Source: Scyliorhinus canicula (lineage: Eukaryota). Taken from it: a stretch of 64,000 nucleotides of DNA. Made by a program: the position numbers and the translations under genes. The stretch covers positions 80,951,072 to 81,015,071 of the forward strand of contig NC_052154.1 of NCBI RefSeq assembly GCF_902713615.1, given 5' to 3'. Below the pieces are notes generated by a model that saw only the letters and a list, made by a program, of their open reading frames with translations, was not told the DNA's origin and did no database searches. Below are positions 12,921 through 26,139 of this stretch, piece by piece; position 1 is the stretch's first letter; each line of letters starts with the position of its first letter.

Positions 12921-14107
12921 AGGAACCGTGGCTATGCAACACATGCTATTTTTCAGGTTGTTGCACTCACCATCTAAATCTATTCTGCTGCAGTAGAGAT
13001 GGACTATTGAACCGTGTTCCTTATTTAGCTTTTCAGGCCCAGGCGTCCGTGTCAATATTTAGCAATGTGTGTGTTAGTAACAGCAAAACACCCGCCAACA
13101 CTTCAGCTTGTCTCATGAATACGTTGACCTTTCCACTTCTGTTCGTGCATGTGTCCGATGTTGTTGAGAGTTTAATCTATTTTAGTGGACACCAAAATCA
13201 GTCTACCTAAAATATACTGGATGCTTCAGGAATGAAAATATACCGTCCTCACCCGCTGTGGTTTATGTGTGACTGCAACGCCACAGTAATGTGTTTGTCT
13301 CTTAGCTGTGGTCTGAATTGAACAAGTACCCAATACTATCAAACTACCACAAAAATAGTTGAGTTGAGTCCTGAACTCTAAAAATTTACAAAGTGTGAAA
13401 TATGAACGTACAGAGCCACGTGGCTCAGTGTCATTGCAGCAAGAGGCGATGTTCTTATTTTGCCATACAAACCTCTGTAGCATTTGTGTAATCCAATGCT
13501 GATTTCTTCAGCATGCCCAATTTGAATTGTGCCTCCATTGGTGACCCTGCCTTCATTGGTATCTCTAAAGCTGGCTGGTTTAGCACACTGGGGTAAATCG
13601 CTGGCGTTTAAGGCAGGCGAGCAGCACGGTTCAATTCCCATACCAGCCTCGTGACAATAAGCGATTTTCTTTCTTTCTTCTTTCTAAAGCACGGGCATTA
13701 TCTTCCTAATCCATTCCGCCTGCATACGTCAGCATTACAAGCGAAAATATCAAGAAACCATCCGAATTTAATGAGGATATTGCCTTTGCTGCAATTACAC
13801 TGATCTCGAGGCATTGGAACCGTTGCTATGCAACACTTGCTAATTTTATGGTTGTTGCACTCACCATCTAAATCTATTCTGCTGCAGCAGAGATGAACTA
13901 TTGAGCCATGTTCCTTATTTAGCTTTACAGGCCCACGCGTCCATGTCAATATTTCGCAATGTGTGTTAGTAACAGCAAAACACCCGCCAACACTTCAGCT
14001 TGTCTCCTGAATGCGTTGACCTTTCAACGCCACAGTAATGTGTTTGTCTCTTAGCTGTGGTCCTAATTGAACAAGCAAGTCACCCAATAGTATCAAACTG
14101 CCACAAA
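12921..14107. repeat. Local tandem duplication (copies about 12921-13354 and 13817-14107)
   Basis: Long near-identical blocks (ggaaccgt..gctatgcaacac...gacctttc; aacgccacagtaatg...ccacaaaa). Copy 2 lacks about 145 bp. Confidence 0.9.
13570..13675 (+). mobile_element. Short tRNA-derived SINE (deleted copy)
   Basis: A-box-like ggtttagcacactgg, B-box-like ggttcaattccc, tail gtgacaataagcgattttc; same family as 49190-49358. Confidence 0.6.
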
Positions 14108-14199
14108 ATGAGTGCAGCAACAATAAAACACGACCAGCGGCTCAACATCTAACTGAGCACTGGAATTAAACATGAGGAAAACACACCCAACTCACTCTA

Positions 14200-17100
14200 A
14201 AGCACAAAGAATAAAGAACAAAGAAAAGTACAGCACAGCCCTCCAAGCCTGCACCGACCATGTTGCCCGTCTAAACTAAAATATTCTACCCTTCCGGGGT
14301 CCGTTTCCCTCTATTCCCATCCTATTCATGTATTTGTCAAGATGCCCCTCAAATGTCACTGTCGTCCCTGCTTCCACCACCTCCTCCGGCAACGAGTTCC
14401 AGGCACCTGCTACCCTCTGTGTGAAAAAGATGCCTTGTACATCTCCTCTAAGCCTCGCCCCTCGCACCTGAAACCTATGCCCCCTAGAAATTGACCCCTC
14501 TACCCTGGGAAAAGGTCTCTGACTATCCACTCTGTCTATACCCCTCATAATTTGGCAGACCTCAACCTCCTTCGTTCCAGTGAGAACAAACCGCGTTTAT
14601 TCAACTTCTCCTCATAGCTAATGCCCTTCACACCAGGAAACATCCTGATAAATCTCTTCTGCACCCTCTCCAAAGTCTTGACATCCTTCCGGTGGTGTGG
14701 TGACCAGAATTAACTCTAACCCTAACCCTAACTATCCTCCAAGTGTGGCCTAACTAAGGTACAATACAGCTCCAACATGCCTTGCCAATTTTTATACTCA
14801 ATGCCCCAGCCAATGAAGGCAAGCATGCCATATGCCTTCTTCAAAACGTCCTCCACCTGTGTTGCCCCTTTCAGTGACCTGTGGACCTGTACACCAAGAT
14901 CTCTCTGACTGTCAATACACTTGAGGGTTCTACCATTCACTGTATATTCCCTACTTGTATTCGATCTTCCAAATGCATTATCTCACATTTGCCGGATTAA
15001 ACTCCATCTGCCATCTCGCCGCATAAGTCTCCAAATGATCTAAATCCTGCTTAATCCTCTGACAGTGCTAATCGCTATTCGCAATTCCACCAACCTTTGT
15101 GTCGTCCGCAAACTTACTAATCAGACCAGTTACATTTTCCTCCAAATCATTGTTATATACTATGAACAGCAAAGGTCCCAGCACTGATCCCTATGGAACA
15201 CAACTAGTCACAGCCTTCCAATCAGAAAAGCATCCTTCCATTGCTACTCTCTGCCTTCTATGACCTAGCCAGTTCTTTTTTAAAAATTATTTTTATTGAT
15301 GCATTTGGAAAATTGTTATAACAGTAACAAACAAAACCATAATAACATAAACATAAACATGATAAACTAGACATTTCCCACCCAACCCCTTCTGTACATC
15401 CCTTAACCATATTGCACCTATCCACACCCCCCACCCCCTCCCTCCCCTTCAGGATGCTTCTTCTGCTGACATTTTAATTTTCCCAGAGAAAGTCAATGAA
15501 CGGCTGCCACCTCTGGGAGAACCCCAACATTGCCCCCTTCAAGGCAAACTTTATTTTCTCCAGCTTGAGAAAACCAGCCATGACACTGACCCAAGTTTCC
15601 ACACTTGGGGTCTTCGAGTCCCTCCACATTAACAGGATCCGTCTCCGGGCTACCAGGGATGAAAAGGCCAGAACGTTGGTCTTTTTCACTCCCTGAACTC
15701 CCGGGTCTTCTGATTCTCCAAAGATCGCTATCTCTGGACTCATCACGACCCGCGTACCTAGCACCTTGGACATTGCCTTGGCAAACCCCTGCCAGAATCC
15801 TCCAGGCTTCGGGCATGCCCAGAACACATCAACATGGTTTGCTGGGTTTCCCGCACACCTTGCACATCTGCCTTCTACCCCAAAAAATGTGCTCATCCTC
15901 GCCGCCGTCATGTGGGCCTGGTGTACCACCTTAAACTGTATTAGACTGAGCCTGGCACATGTTGACGAGGAATTAACCCTGCTTAGGGTGTCTGCACACA
16001 GACCCACCTCTAACTCCCCACCAAGCTCCTCCTCCCACTTGCCGTTCAGTTCCACCACCGGGGTCTCCTCCGCCTCCAACAACTCCTGTTAGATATCCAA
16101 CAGTTTCCCCTTCCCCACCCAGGTACCGGCCACTACTCTGTCCTGTATCCTCCGTGGCGGGATCAGCGGGAAAGCCAACACCTGTTTCCTCAGAATGTAC
16201 CGGACTTGTAAATATCTGAAAACAGTCCCCAGCGGCAGCTTGAACTTATCCTCCAGCGCCTTCAGACTGGGAAAACTCCCGTCTATGAATAGATCTCCCA
16301 TCCGTCTAATTCCTGCTCTCTGCCAACTTCGGAACCTGCCATCTATCCTGCCTGGCGCGAACCTGTGGTTATTGCAAACCGGGTTCCAGACTGATGCACC
16401 CTCCACCCTCCTATACCTCCTCCATTACCCCCAGATCCTCAATGCCGCCACTACCACTGGGCTAGTGGTGTAACAGGCTGGCAAGAATGGCAGAGGTGCC
16501 GTTACCAGTGCTGCCAAACTGGTGCTTTTGCATGACTCTGCCTCCATCCGCTCCCATGCCAACCCCCTCCCCTATTATCCACTTCCTAAACCACTGCTCA
16601 GCAGTAGTTGCAGAAGTTCGGCAGCGCCAGCCCACCCTCCCCCCAACTGCGCTCCAACAACATTTTCTTCACCCATACAAAGCCCGAAATAATCTTGTTT
16701 ACCCGGTTGAAAAAGGCCTTAGGGATGAAGATGGTGAGGCACTGGAAGATAAACAAAAGTCTGGGGAGCACCGTCATTTTCACGGTCTGCACCCTCCCCG
16801 CCAGCGATAGTGGGAGCATATCCCATCTTTTAAAGTCCCCCTCCATTTGCTCCACCAGCCGGGTTAGGTTGAGCCTGTGTAATGCCTCCCATTTCCGAGG
16901 CAGCTGCATTGGCAAGTACCGAAAGCTCCTCTCTACCATCTTGAGCGGCAGCTTCTTCAGTCTCCTCTCCTGCCCCTTTGCGTGGATCATGAACAATTCA
17001 TTTTTTCTAATGTTCAATTTGTACCCTGAGAACCTGCCAAATTCCCCCAAGATCTGCATAATCTCCCCCAACCCCTCCACCAGGTCCGAGATGTAGAAGA

Positions 17101-20100
17101 ACAGATCGTTTGCATACAGCGAAACCCGGTGCTCCACCCCACTCCAAACCAGCTCCTGCCACTTCCTTGATGCTCTCAGCGCCATGGGCAGCGGCTCTAT
17201 AGCCAAAGCAAACAGCAATGAGGAGATGTGGCACCCCTGCCTCGTCCCTCGGTGTAGCTTAAAGTACCACGACCTGAGCCGATTTGTGCACACACTTGCT
17301 ACCACCGCCTGGTAGAGCAATTGCACCCAGTCGATGAAGCCCTCACCAAACCCTAACCTTCCCAGCATCTCCCAAAGATGCTGCCACTCCATCCGATCAA
17401 AAGCCTTCTGCGTGTCCACTGCAACCACCACCTCCGCCTCCTCTCCTTCTGAGGGCATCATAATTACATTCAAAAGCTCCGAACGTTAGCATTGAGCTGT
17501 CTACACTTAATGAATCTGGTTTGGTCCTCCCCTATCACCCCTGGGACACAGTCTTCTATCCTAGTGGCCAAAATTTAAGCCAGCAGCTTGGCACCTACAT
17601 TCAAAAGTGAGATCTTCCTATATGACCTACATTGCTCCGGGTCTTTTTCTCGCTTAAGGATAAGCGAAATCGAGGCCTGTGACATCGTTTGGGGGGGGGG
17701 GGGGGAGGGGGGCGGAGGATTGCCCTCTCTTTAGCCTCATTAAAGGTTCTCATCAGTAGCAGGCACAATACCTCTGAGAACTTCTTAGAAAATTCTACCG
17801 GGTAACTGTCCATCCCCGGAGCCTTGCCCGACTGCATGCCCTCCAGACCTTTAACAATTTCCTCTGCTTCAATCGGGGGCCCCAGCCCCTCGACCAGGTC
17901 CTCCTCCACCCTCGGAAACCTCAACTGATCCAGGAACTTACTCATCCTTTCTACACCCAGCGGGGATTCCGACTCATATAGTTTGCTCTAAAATTCTTTA
18001 AAAACGTCATTCACCGCCCCCCCCCCCGGGTCCAAGACCATATTACCCTCCCTATTCCTCACTCCCCCAATCTCCCTGGCCACTTCTCTCTTCCTAAGCT
18101 GGTGCGCCAACATCCTGCTCGCCTTTTCCCCATACTCGTAGACCATCTCCCTTGCCCTCCTCAACTGCTCCACTACCCTCCCGTGGTCAACAACTCAAAC
18201 TCAACGTGTAGTTTCCGACACTCCCTCAAGTGGCCCGCGTCCGGAGCCTCCGCATATCTCCTATCCACGCAAAGTATCTTCTCCACTAATCTCTCCCTCT
18301 CTGCTCGTTCTACCTTTTCTCTGTGGGACCGAATCGAAATTAGTTCCCCTCTTACAACTGCTTTCAGAGCCTCCCTGCTGATACCTCACCCGTATCGTTT
18401 GTATCCAGGTAATTCTGAATGGACTCACCTGCCTGCAGACTGCTTCCTCTGCTAACAGCCCCACATCCAGCCTCCAGAGCGGGCGCTGTCCTCTCTCCTC
18501 ACTCAACCGCAAATCCACCCAATGCGGGGCATGATCAGAGAATGCAATCAACGAATATTCCGTCCCCACCACCTTCGGAATTAGTGCCCTATTAGAACAA
18601 AATAATCAGTGCAAGAGTAACTTTTATGGACATGAGAAAAATACGAAAACTCCCTCGCCCTCAGCCGCTCGAATCTCCACGGGTCTACCGCCGCCCCCCA
18701 CCCCCCCTTGCTCCATGAAAGCCCTAAACTCCTTTGCCGTGGCAGGTCTCCTTCCGGTCCTGGATGTTGACCGGTCCAGATCAAGATTAATGACCGTGTG
18801 AAAGTCCCCCCATGCTCAATCCATGAGACTCTACGTCTGGGATCTTGCCTAACAGCAGTCTCATAAATCCCACATCGTCCCAGTTCGGAGCATATACGTT
18901 TACAAGCACCACCCGCACACCGTCCTGCTTCCCACTCACCATAATATATCTACACCCCCTTATCTGCCACAATTCTTCCAGCCTCAAACGCCACCCGCTT
19001 GCTAATCAATGTAGCTACCCCCCTGGTCTTTGAGTCCAGTCCAGAGTGAAACACCTGACCAACCCGCCCTTTTCCCAATCTCGTCTGATCAATAATCTTT
19101 AGATGTGTCGCCTGAAGCATTGCTATCTCTGCCCTCAGCCTTGCTCAGGTCCAGCGTTTCCTTTTTCAGCTCAGCGAAACAGTCCTTAAAGAGCTTTATC
19201 TGCTGCTCTTTAGACCACTGAGCCACCACTCCCTGGTCCTGACCCTCAGCCATGCTGCACCGCGATACCAGCTCCGACTGCTTCACTCTATCAGGGCTGA
19301 GTCTTTTCACATGGCCACTTCTAGTCCAATTAGCCATACATCGGAGAGGGAATCCTTCTTAATATTGTCCACTTCACAGATCTATCCCATAAAGTCCGAG
19401 AAAGGTCTGGAAAATAAGTCCGAAAGTCAGTTTCAGGTGGGAGCTATCGAATGTGTGACCAACTCCTCCATGAGCGCCACCGGAAGTCCGACCTAGTTAG
19501 TTCTGCATCCATCTAGGCAGCTCACTCCTGACAACATCCACTACCCTACCTGCACATCTTTGTGACCTCCTCGAAAATCTCTATCAAGCTAGTGAGACAC
19601 GACCTCCCCTTCACAAACCATGCTGCCTCTCGCTAATACGACCGCTTGCTTCCAAATGGGAGTAGATCCTGTCTCAAAGAATTCTTTCCAGTAATTTCCC
19701 TACCACTGACGTAAGGCTTACCGGCCTGTAGTTCCCTGGATTATCCTTGATACCCTTCTTAAACAAAGGAACAACATTGGCTATTTTCCAGTCCTCCGGG
19801 ACATCATCTGAAGACAGTGAGGATCCAAAGATTTCCGTCAATGCCTCAGCAATTTCCTCTCTTGCCTCCTTCAGTATTCTGGGGTATATCCCATCAGGCC
19901 CTGGGGAGTTATCCACCTTAATATTTTTCAAGACGCCCAACACCTCATTTTTTTGGATCTCAATGTGACCCAGGCCATCTGCACACCCTTCTCCAGACTC
20001 AACTTCCACCAATTCCTTCTCTTTGGTGAATACTGATTCATTTAGTACCCCGCCCATTTCCTCAGCCTCCACACATAGACTCCCTCCCCTGTCCTTCAGT

Positions 20101-20745
20101 GGGCCAACTCTTTCCCTGGCTACGCTCTTGCTTTTTATGTATGTGTAAAAAGCCTTGAGATTTTCCTTAACCCTATTTGCTACTGACTTTTCGTGACCCG
20201 TCCAAGCCCCTAGCACGAAGTGAGTCCCAGTCAATATTGGGGAAGTTAAAGTCTCCCATCACAGCAACCTTGTTGCTTTTAATCCTTTCCAAAATCTGTC
20301 TACCTATCTGCTCCTCTATCTCCAGCTAGCTGTTGGGAGGCCTGTAGTAAACTCCCAACATTGTGACTCCACCCTTCTTATTCCTGATCTCTACACATAT
20401 AGCCTCACTGCCCTCTGAGGTGTCCTCCCGCGGTACAGCTGTAATATTCTCCCTAACCAGGAGCGCAACCCCTGCACCCCTTTTACCTCCCCCTCTAGCC
20501 CACCTGAAACATCTAAATCCTGGAATGTTTAACTGTCAATCCTGTCCTTCCCTCAACCAGGTCCTGTAATGGCAACAACATCATAGTTCCAAGTACTAAT
20601 CCAAGCTCTAAGTTCATCTGCCTTAACTGTTATACTTCGTGAATTAAAACAAATGCACTTCAGGCCACGAGTCCCGCTGTTTTCAGCAACATCTCCCTGT
20701 CTGCTCTTCCTCAGAGCCACAGTGGCCCTATTTCCTAGTTGTACC
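14200..20745 (-). mobile_element. 5'-truncated, internally deleted CR1 LINE interrupted by an L1
   Basis: (TTCTTT)-like tail at about 14200-14225. RT fragments in ORFs 14276..14940 and 19674..20234. Endonuclease start (GLKCICFNSRSI) at about 20670. Sequence is continuous across the L1. Confidence 0.9.
15277..19489 (-). mobile_element. L1/Tx1-clade LINE with intact termini, internal deletions and a 15-bp TSD
   Basis: 5' end GGACTTCCGGTGGCG; ORF1 N-terminal stub; endonuclease and RT fragments (ORFs 16598..17473, 15474..16082); AATAAA and A-tail; TSD gacctagccagttct 15262-15276 versus gacctagttagttct 19490-19504. Confidence 0.93.
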
Positions 20746-20749
20746 TCAA

Positions 20750-23190
20750 AGGCCAGAGGTTCTTCACAGTAATATCAGCGAAATTGTGCCAAACGTTGAT
20801 AAGCTCTTCCGCAGATGAATGAATCAAAATACTGACATGATCATACTCACAGGACTATATCTACTTGCCGATGTTTCATACACTTCCAGCACCATTCCCA
20901 TGAATATACTTTCCAATATCAGTGCGAACGCACTAATGTTGGCAGTACAGCGGTAGAGTGGAGCGGGAGTAGGTCTTAGGTTCTTTATTATTGAGTCTGG
21001 ACCCAAAGATGACTTATGGCATTAGATCACACTTGGGCAAGAAAATATCCTGCAATACCAGCAACCCTCGGTTGATTCATGAATCATCCTCCAGATTGAA
21101 AGTAACTAGGAGGAAACATTGAGGTCTGCAAATGCAGACAATATCTTTCGGTAGGACAATTCAATGTTCATCAACAAGAGCAGCTGGAGAGCTTCATTAT
21201 TGAATGAGATCTCTGAGACTTGAAGGACATAGTTGCCAGGCGTGACTTGTGGCATGTGGTGCAATAAACAACAAAATAAACAGCCTACTCGATCCCTCCT
21301 TCATTCATGATTCATGTAGAGATGCATCAATTCAGATTAGAATTGTTATTGCACAGTACATGTTAGGCGAAAGTCTCATCTTCCATTGTCTTGTTTAAGT
21401 AGCAAGAGTGTGCACGATAAGGTAAATTCAGAAGCATAGCCTGTGGTTTCATGATCCACCATATCGCTCATTGTTGCACGCCAGGAGAGCAATCCTGTTT
21501 CAGTGAGTAGCATACTACAGCATCCAAGATGTTCCTAGAACTGAGATGCAAACGTCGTGAATCTGTACAACAAGCTATGCGTGTATTGGGCAATTGAATC
21601 AGCACGGTGTGGCCTTAGATAAACGATGGCCATAAGCAATCTATTGATAAAAGCTCTGCGGGACATCCACATTGGATCGTGAGTGATTTCGCTCAACCAA
21701 AAGCTAACGGAAATTAACAATGAACTATCCACACTGAGGTGGAAGCCAACAGTTGAGTGCAAAAGTCGAGGCTGTAGCATCAACATCTTTTCCAGTCAGA
21801 AATGTAATCTGGATGATCCATCTTGGCTTCCTCCAGCCTTCTCCACGGTCACACCAGTTAGTCCTCATCCAATTTAATTCACTCAATATGACATCATGTA
21901 ATGGTTGAGCCAACTGGATACCTAAGCGGCCAATAACATCTTCACTGTGCTGCTGAAGAAAGTATTTCAAAATAGGCACATATCTATCCAACATGTTTCA
22001 GTACAGTTACAACAGCAACATCGACCCAGCAAAGGGCACAAATCGCACAGGCATATCTTTTCCTCGAAAAATAGGGAATTCTGATCGAGCTAGCCATTCC
22101 CCATCTGTCTCCGCTGAATTATCATGAAGCTGATGGGAGATGAGTTCTAACACCACTCGCCTTGATTCAAACAGTGAACAAAAGCTGAATTCCGGAGCTG
22201 AGTGCAAGTTCAAGGCATTATTTGGACGAGCGTGAAATCTAAGGACTCAACCTAAGTTGATGCACTAGGATGGAAAAAATCTCCAATGGCTGGAGTCATG
22301 CCTGACTCGCGAAAATATCGCTGCGGTCGCTAAAAGCCCATCATCGCAGCCCCGAACATGTTTGTGCCCTAGCATCCATACAGTGCAGAAGATGGCCATT
22401 CGGCCCATCGAGTCTAAGCCGATCCTCTGAAAGAGCACCCTACCTATACCCATGCCCCTGCCCTACCACTGCAACCCCATCTAACCTTTTGGGCAATTTA
22501 GCATATCCAATCCACCTAACCTGCACATCTTTGGACTGCGGCAGGAAACTGCAGCACTCAGAGGAAATCCACGCAGAAACGGAGAGAACGTTAAAAGTCC
22601 ACACAGTCACCTGAGGTCGGAACTGAACTCATGTTCGTTGTGCTGTGAGGCAGCAGTGCTAACCACCATGCCACCGTCTGATTGCGAAACATGGTCATCT
22701 CCTTGATCAGGGACTGCAGCTTTTCCACGAGTACCTTTGTCAAGATAAATATAATGGGCAAGGAATGGTGGACCTGCCACATGTCATATCCCATCAATGA
22801 ATAAGAATAATTGAAAAACTTAGCAATCACAGGATCAGAAGTGCGGATGTTTGATAACAATTGCATCATGTTGTGTTCCCAAATTACTAGAACATTATGT
22901 AGTCCGTGCCCACATGCAACCTGTATTGGACAATATTTAGGTTTGCTACAATTTCCAAACAATAACCATTTCCAACAAGAGAGAGAGAGCGTAACATTTT
23001 CTTTTTTCACAATCAACAGCCTCACCCTCGCTAAGCTTTTTCCGATCAAGATTTGGACTTCCGTCAGTGACCGGAACCTGAACGGGACATGTCAGGCAGC
23101 CACTATGATGACAAGAGCAGGCCAGAGGCTTGGTTTCCTGTTGCCAGTGGTTCAAACCCTGTCTTTCCAAAAATGTAAACCACCTAGATG
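20750..23190 (+). mobile_element. Very old degraded CR1/L2-like LINE remnant
   Basis: Recognisable endonuclease-region DNA at about 20940-21180 and RT-tail DNA at about 22950-23170 (acaagagcaggccagaggct); no intact ORF. Confidence 0.55.
22375..22675 (-). mobile_element. V-SINE (HE1-like tRNA-derived SINE)
   Basis: Reverse-complement tRNA-like head and conserved central V-domain (ctaacctgcacatctttggactg). Confidence 0.85.
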
Positions 23191-24876
23191 TAGTTAAAGT
23201 GTATGATAAATGCTTACCCGGAAATAGAGAGTCGGTAGCAGGAGTGGAACTGAGAGGAAGAGGGAACGGGAAAAGATAAAAAGAGCATGTCATTTACGTG
23301 GAAAGCAACATTGGACTTGAGAGGAAGTGGATGCAGCTGGTGGAAAAGAAATCAATACCCAAACTCGGGTCCTACGAGTTATCTGGAGAGGGGCGGTCGG
23401 CAGCAGGAGGAATATGCTCCAGCTTCAAAAAGTTAAAAACAAAAAAAATGTGACTTTACAAGAAATCCATAATTTGAATCATTGGTGAGTTGCAGCTTTC
23501 ATTCCCTCTCTGCGCTACCTGAGAATTCCAAGGCTTTTTTCCACATACAGTAAAGCCACAGATGGGCTCCTACTCCATGTTTTGGAGGTTGAGTTACACC
23601 TGACGTCATTGTGATCCATCTGCGGTTATGCATTATTCATTGCAACCATGTTTGAGGAGTGATTGCCTCTCAGTTTAAGTGCGTGCAGACATAGAGAGCC
23701 TGGGTACGTGTCAGATAGCCAAAAATAAACAAACCGATTAATAAGGTGGGCCGAGGTAGGGGGATCTTTCGGAGATTAGTGCATACTCGGTTGGCCGAAT
23801 GCTCCCCTTCGACATTTTAGGGATTCTATGGACGAGAAATCTCAAGTGAGCAATAGTTACAGGAGAGGAAGGCGTTTCCATGTCATCGGAAGTGATTCAA
23901 GGATGTATTGCTTTGCTAGTGCCTGTTCAGGATCTCACTAAACGGCTACAGAACGTTCTGAGGGGCAGGGTGAGCAAGCAGAGATCATGTTCCACAGTGA
24001 TACCAATAATATAAAAAGAAAGAAGGATTGCCATTCCCCAGACACATTTTGAGTTGGTACGAAAGAGATGATCAATAATATATTAAATTATCCCGTCACT
24101 TACTTAGAGTAGTAATCTCCGGATTGCAACTCTCGGTGCATTTGCCCGCGTTTGCAATCCAAAGGCACTGTCTCTCCCTACCTTGTTGTCTCAGTCTGCG
24201 GGATCCAGTAGCAGCATAGCGCCACCAGCCCCCCCCCCCCCCCTCCTCCTTCGCGGCTGCATCCGCGTGGACTCGCAGGGAAGAAAGACATGCCTTTTTT
24301 AATGATATTTGCTGCCGTAAAGGAGTTAACAGGGACAATTTAGAGGGAGAAGGTAGGTCTCAAAGGTAAGTGGTCCTGTCAATCGGGATGGGTGAGGTGG
24401 GGCGGGGAGGTGGTGGGGGAAGACCGAGAAGAAGTGGGGACGTGTCGGTCGGGGGTGCTGGTTGAGGGAGCAGGACGGTATGGGGGCGGGGGCGGATGTC
24501 GGGCCAGAAGTGGGTGGCTGTCCGCGAAGGGGGGCTGGAGCAGAAAGGATATCGACTGGAGCGGGAGTCAGACCAGAAGGGAGATCAGTCCAGGAGGTGC
24601 GCCATTTGACCGGGGGAAGGAGGGGCTTGGAACGGGAGCAGGAGTCTGGCAGGGAGGGGGAGGGGTTCTATCGGAGGGTGGGGGGGGGGGGGGGGGGATG
24701 CCAGATTCGAGTGGATGGGTTCGTACAGGAGGAGGGTGTGAGTCTATGGGTGGGACCGGACCCAGAGGGATGGTTGGACCGGGTAGGGGACAGATTCAAG
24801 GAGGACATCAGAGTGGGAGGAAGGTGGCCAGCCACTGGAGGGATGGGGGTTGGACGGGAAGGAGGATTACATAACA

Positions 24877-25540
24877 ACATAAGAACATAAGAACTAGGAG
24901 CAGGTTGAGGCCATCTGGCCCTACGAGCCTGCTCCGCCATTCAATGAGATCATGGCTGCTCTTTTTTGGACTCAGCTCCACTTTCCAGCCTGAACACCAT
25001 AACCCTTAATCCCTTTATTCTTCAAAAAAAACTATCTATCTTTATCTTTAAACCATTTAATAAAGGAGCCTCTACTGCTTCACTGGGCAAGGAATTCCAC
25101 AGATTCACAACCCTCTGGGTGAAGAAGTTCCTCCTAAACTCAGTCCTAAATCTACTTCCCCTTATTTTGAGGCTATGCCCCCTCGTTCTGCTGTCACCCG
25201 CCAGTGGAAACAACCTGCCCGCATCTATCCTATCTATTCCCTTCATAATTTTATATGTTTCTATAAGATCCCCCCTCGTCCTTCTAAATTCCAACGAGTA
25301 CAGTCCTAGTCTTCTCAACCTCTCCTCGTAATCCAACCCCTTCAGCTCTGGGATTAACCTAGTGAATCTCCTCTGCACACCCTCCAGTGCCAGTACGTCC
25401 TTTCTCAAGTAAGGAGACCAAAACTGAGCATAATACTCCTGGTGTGGCCTCACTAACACCTTATACAGTTGCAGCATAACGTCCCTAGTCTTAAACACCA
25501 TCCCTCTAGCAATGAAGGACAGAATTCTATTTGCGTGTGA
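24877..25540 (-). mobile_element. CR1 3' fragment, same subfamily as 7054-11606
   Basis: acataagaacataagaactaggagcagg tail; ORF 25022..25570 closely matches ORF 7149..7766. Confidence 0.92.
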
Positions 25541-26139
25541 ATCTCTCAGAGGGATTGCCCAGCAGATCATTGGCGTACCCCTAATTGTGACTCTGGGGCA
25601 CCAGGACGCTCTGGGTCGATGTGAGAACTACTCCATCCGTCATGCATTAGTGATACAAAAATAAAAGAATAGAACTGGTGTACACATTGCTGGAGAGCTA
25701 GTGTAGGTGGGAGAATTTTGAATTCTTGGGCCATGTGGATCCTTTCTTGGGAAGCTATTATTTATACATGCTGGATATATTGCATTTTAACAGGGCCAAG
25801 GCCGACACAAAGGTTATTGCGAGTAGTTCTGTGAGTACTGTTCGTACAGGGGCTGAGAAGGGGGAGGTACCGGTCCGGGTGGAGGTAGCCATCATGGAGT
25901 TCTGCACTTGCTAGGCATGGAGAAGAGAAGTTGAGTGTAGATTAAGAAGTTGGAAAACAAGAGGTTTGAAGGCAGACTAAATAAAGGTTGGAAAATTGCT
26001 TTCCAAATATCTGTTTTTGCTTATTGCTAGATGTCTAAATGCAGGAAAAATAGTGAATAACTATATAAACTGCTCTTGCAGCCATATTGCTTATTTAGTT
26101 TGTCCAGTTAACTTCTGGTCAATGAGGCACATTGGAAAC

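Noticed and set aside
23025-23085. Apparent 52-nt minus-strand exon (VPVTDGSPNLDRKKLSE)
   Set aside because: It lies inside an old plus-strand LINE remnant, so the signals are probably fortuitous.
24392-24890. Gly-rich ORFs
   Set aside because: Products of G-rich low-complexity or repeat DNA; no domain is recognisable.
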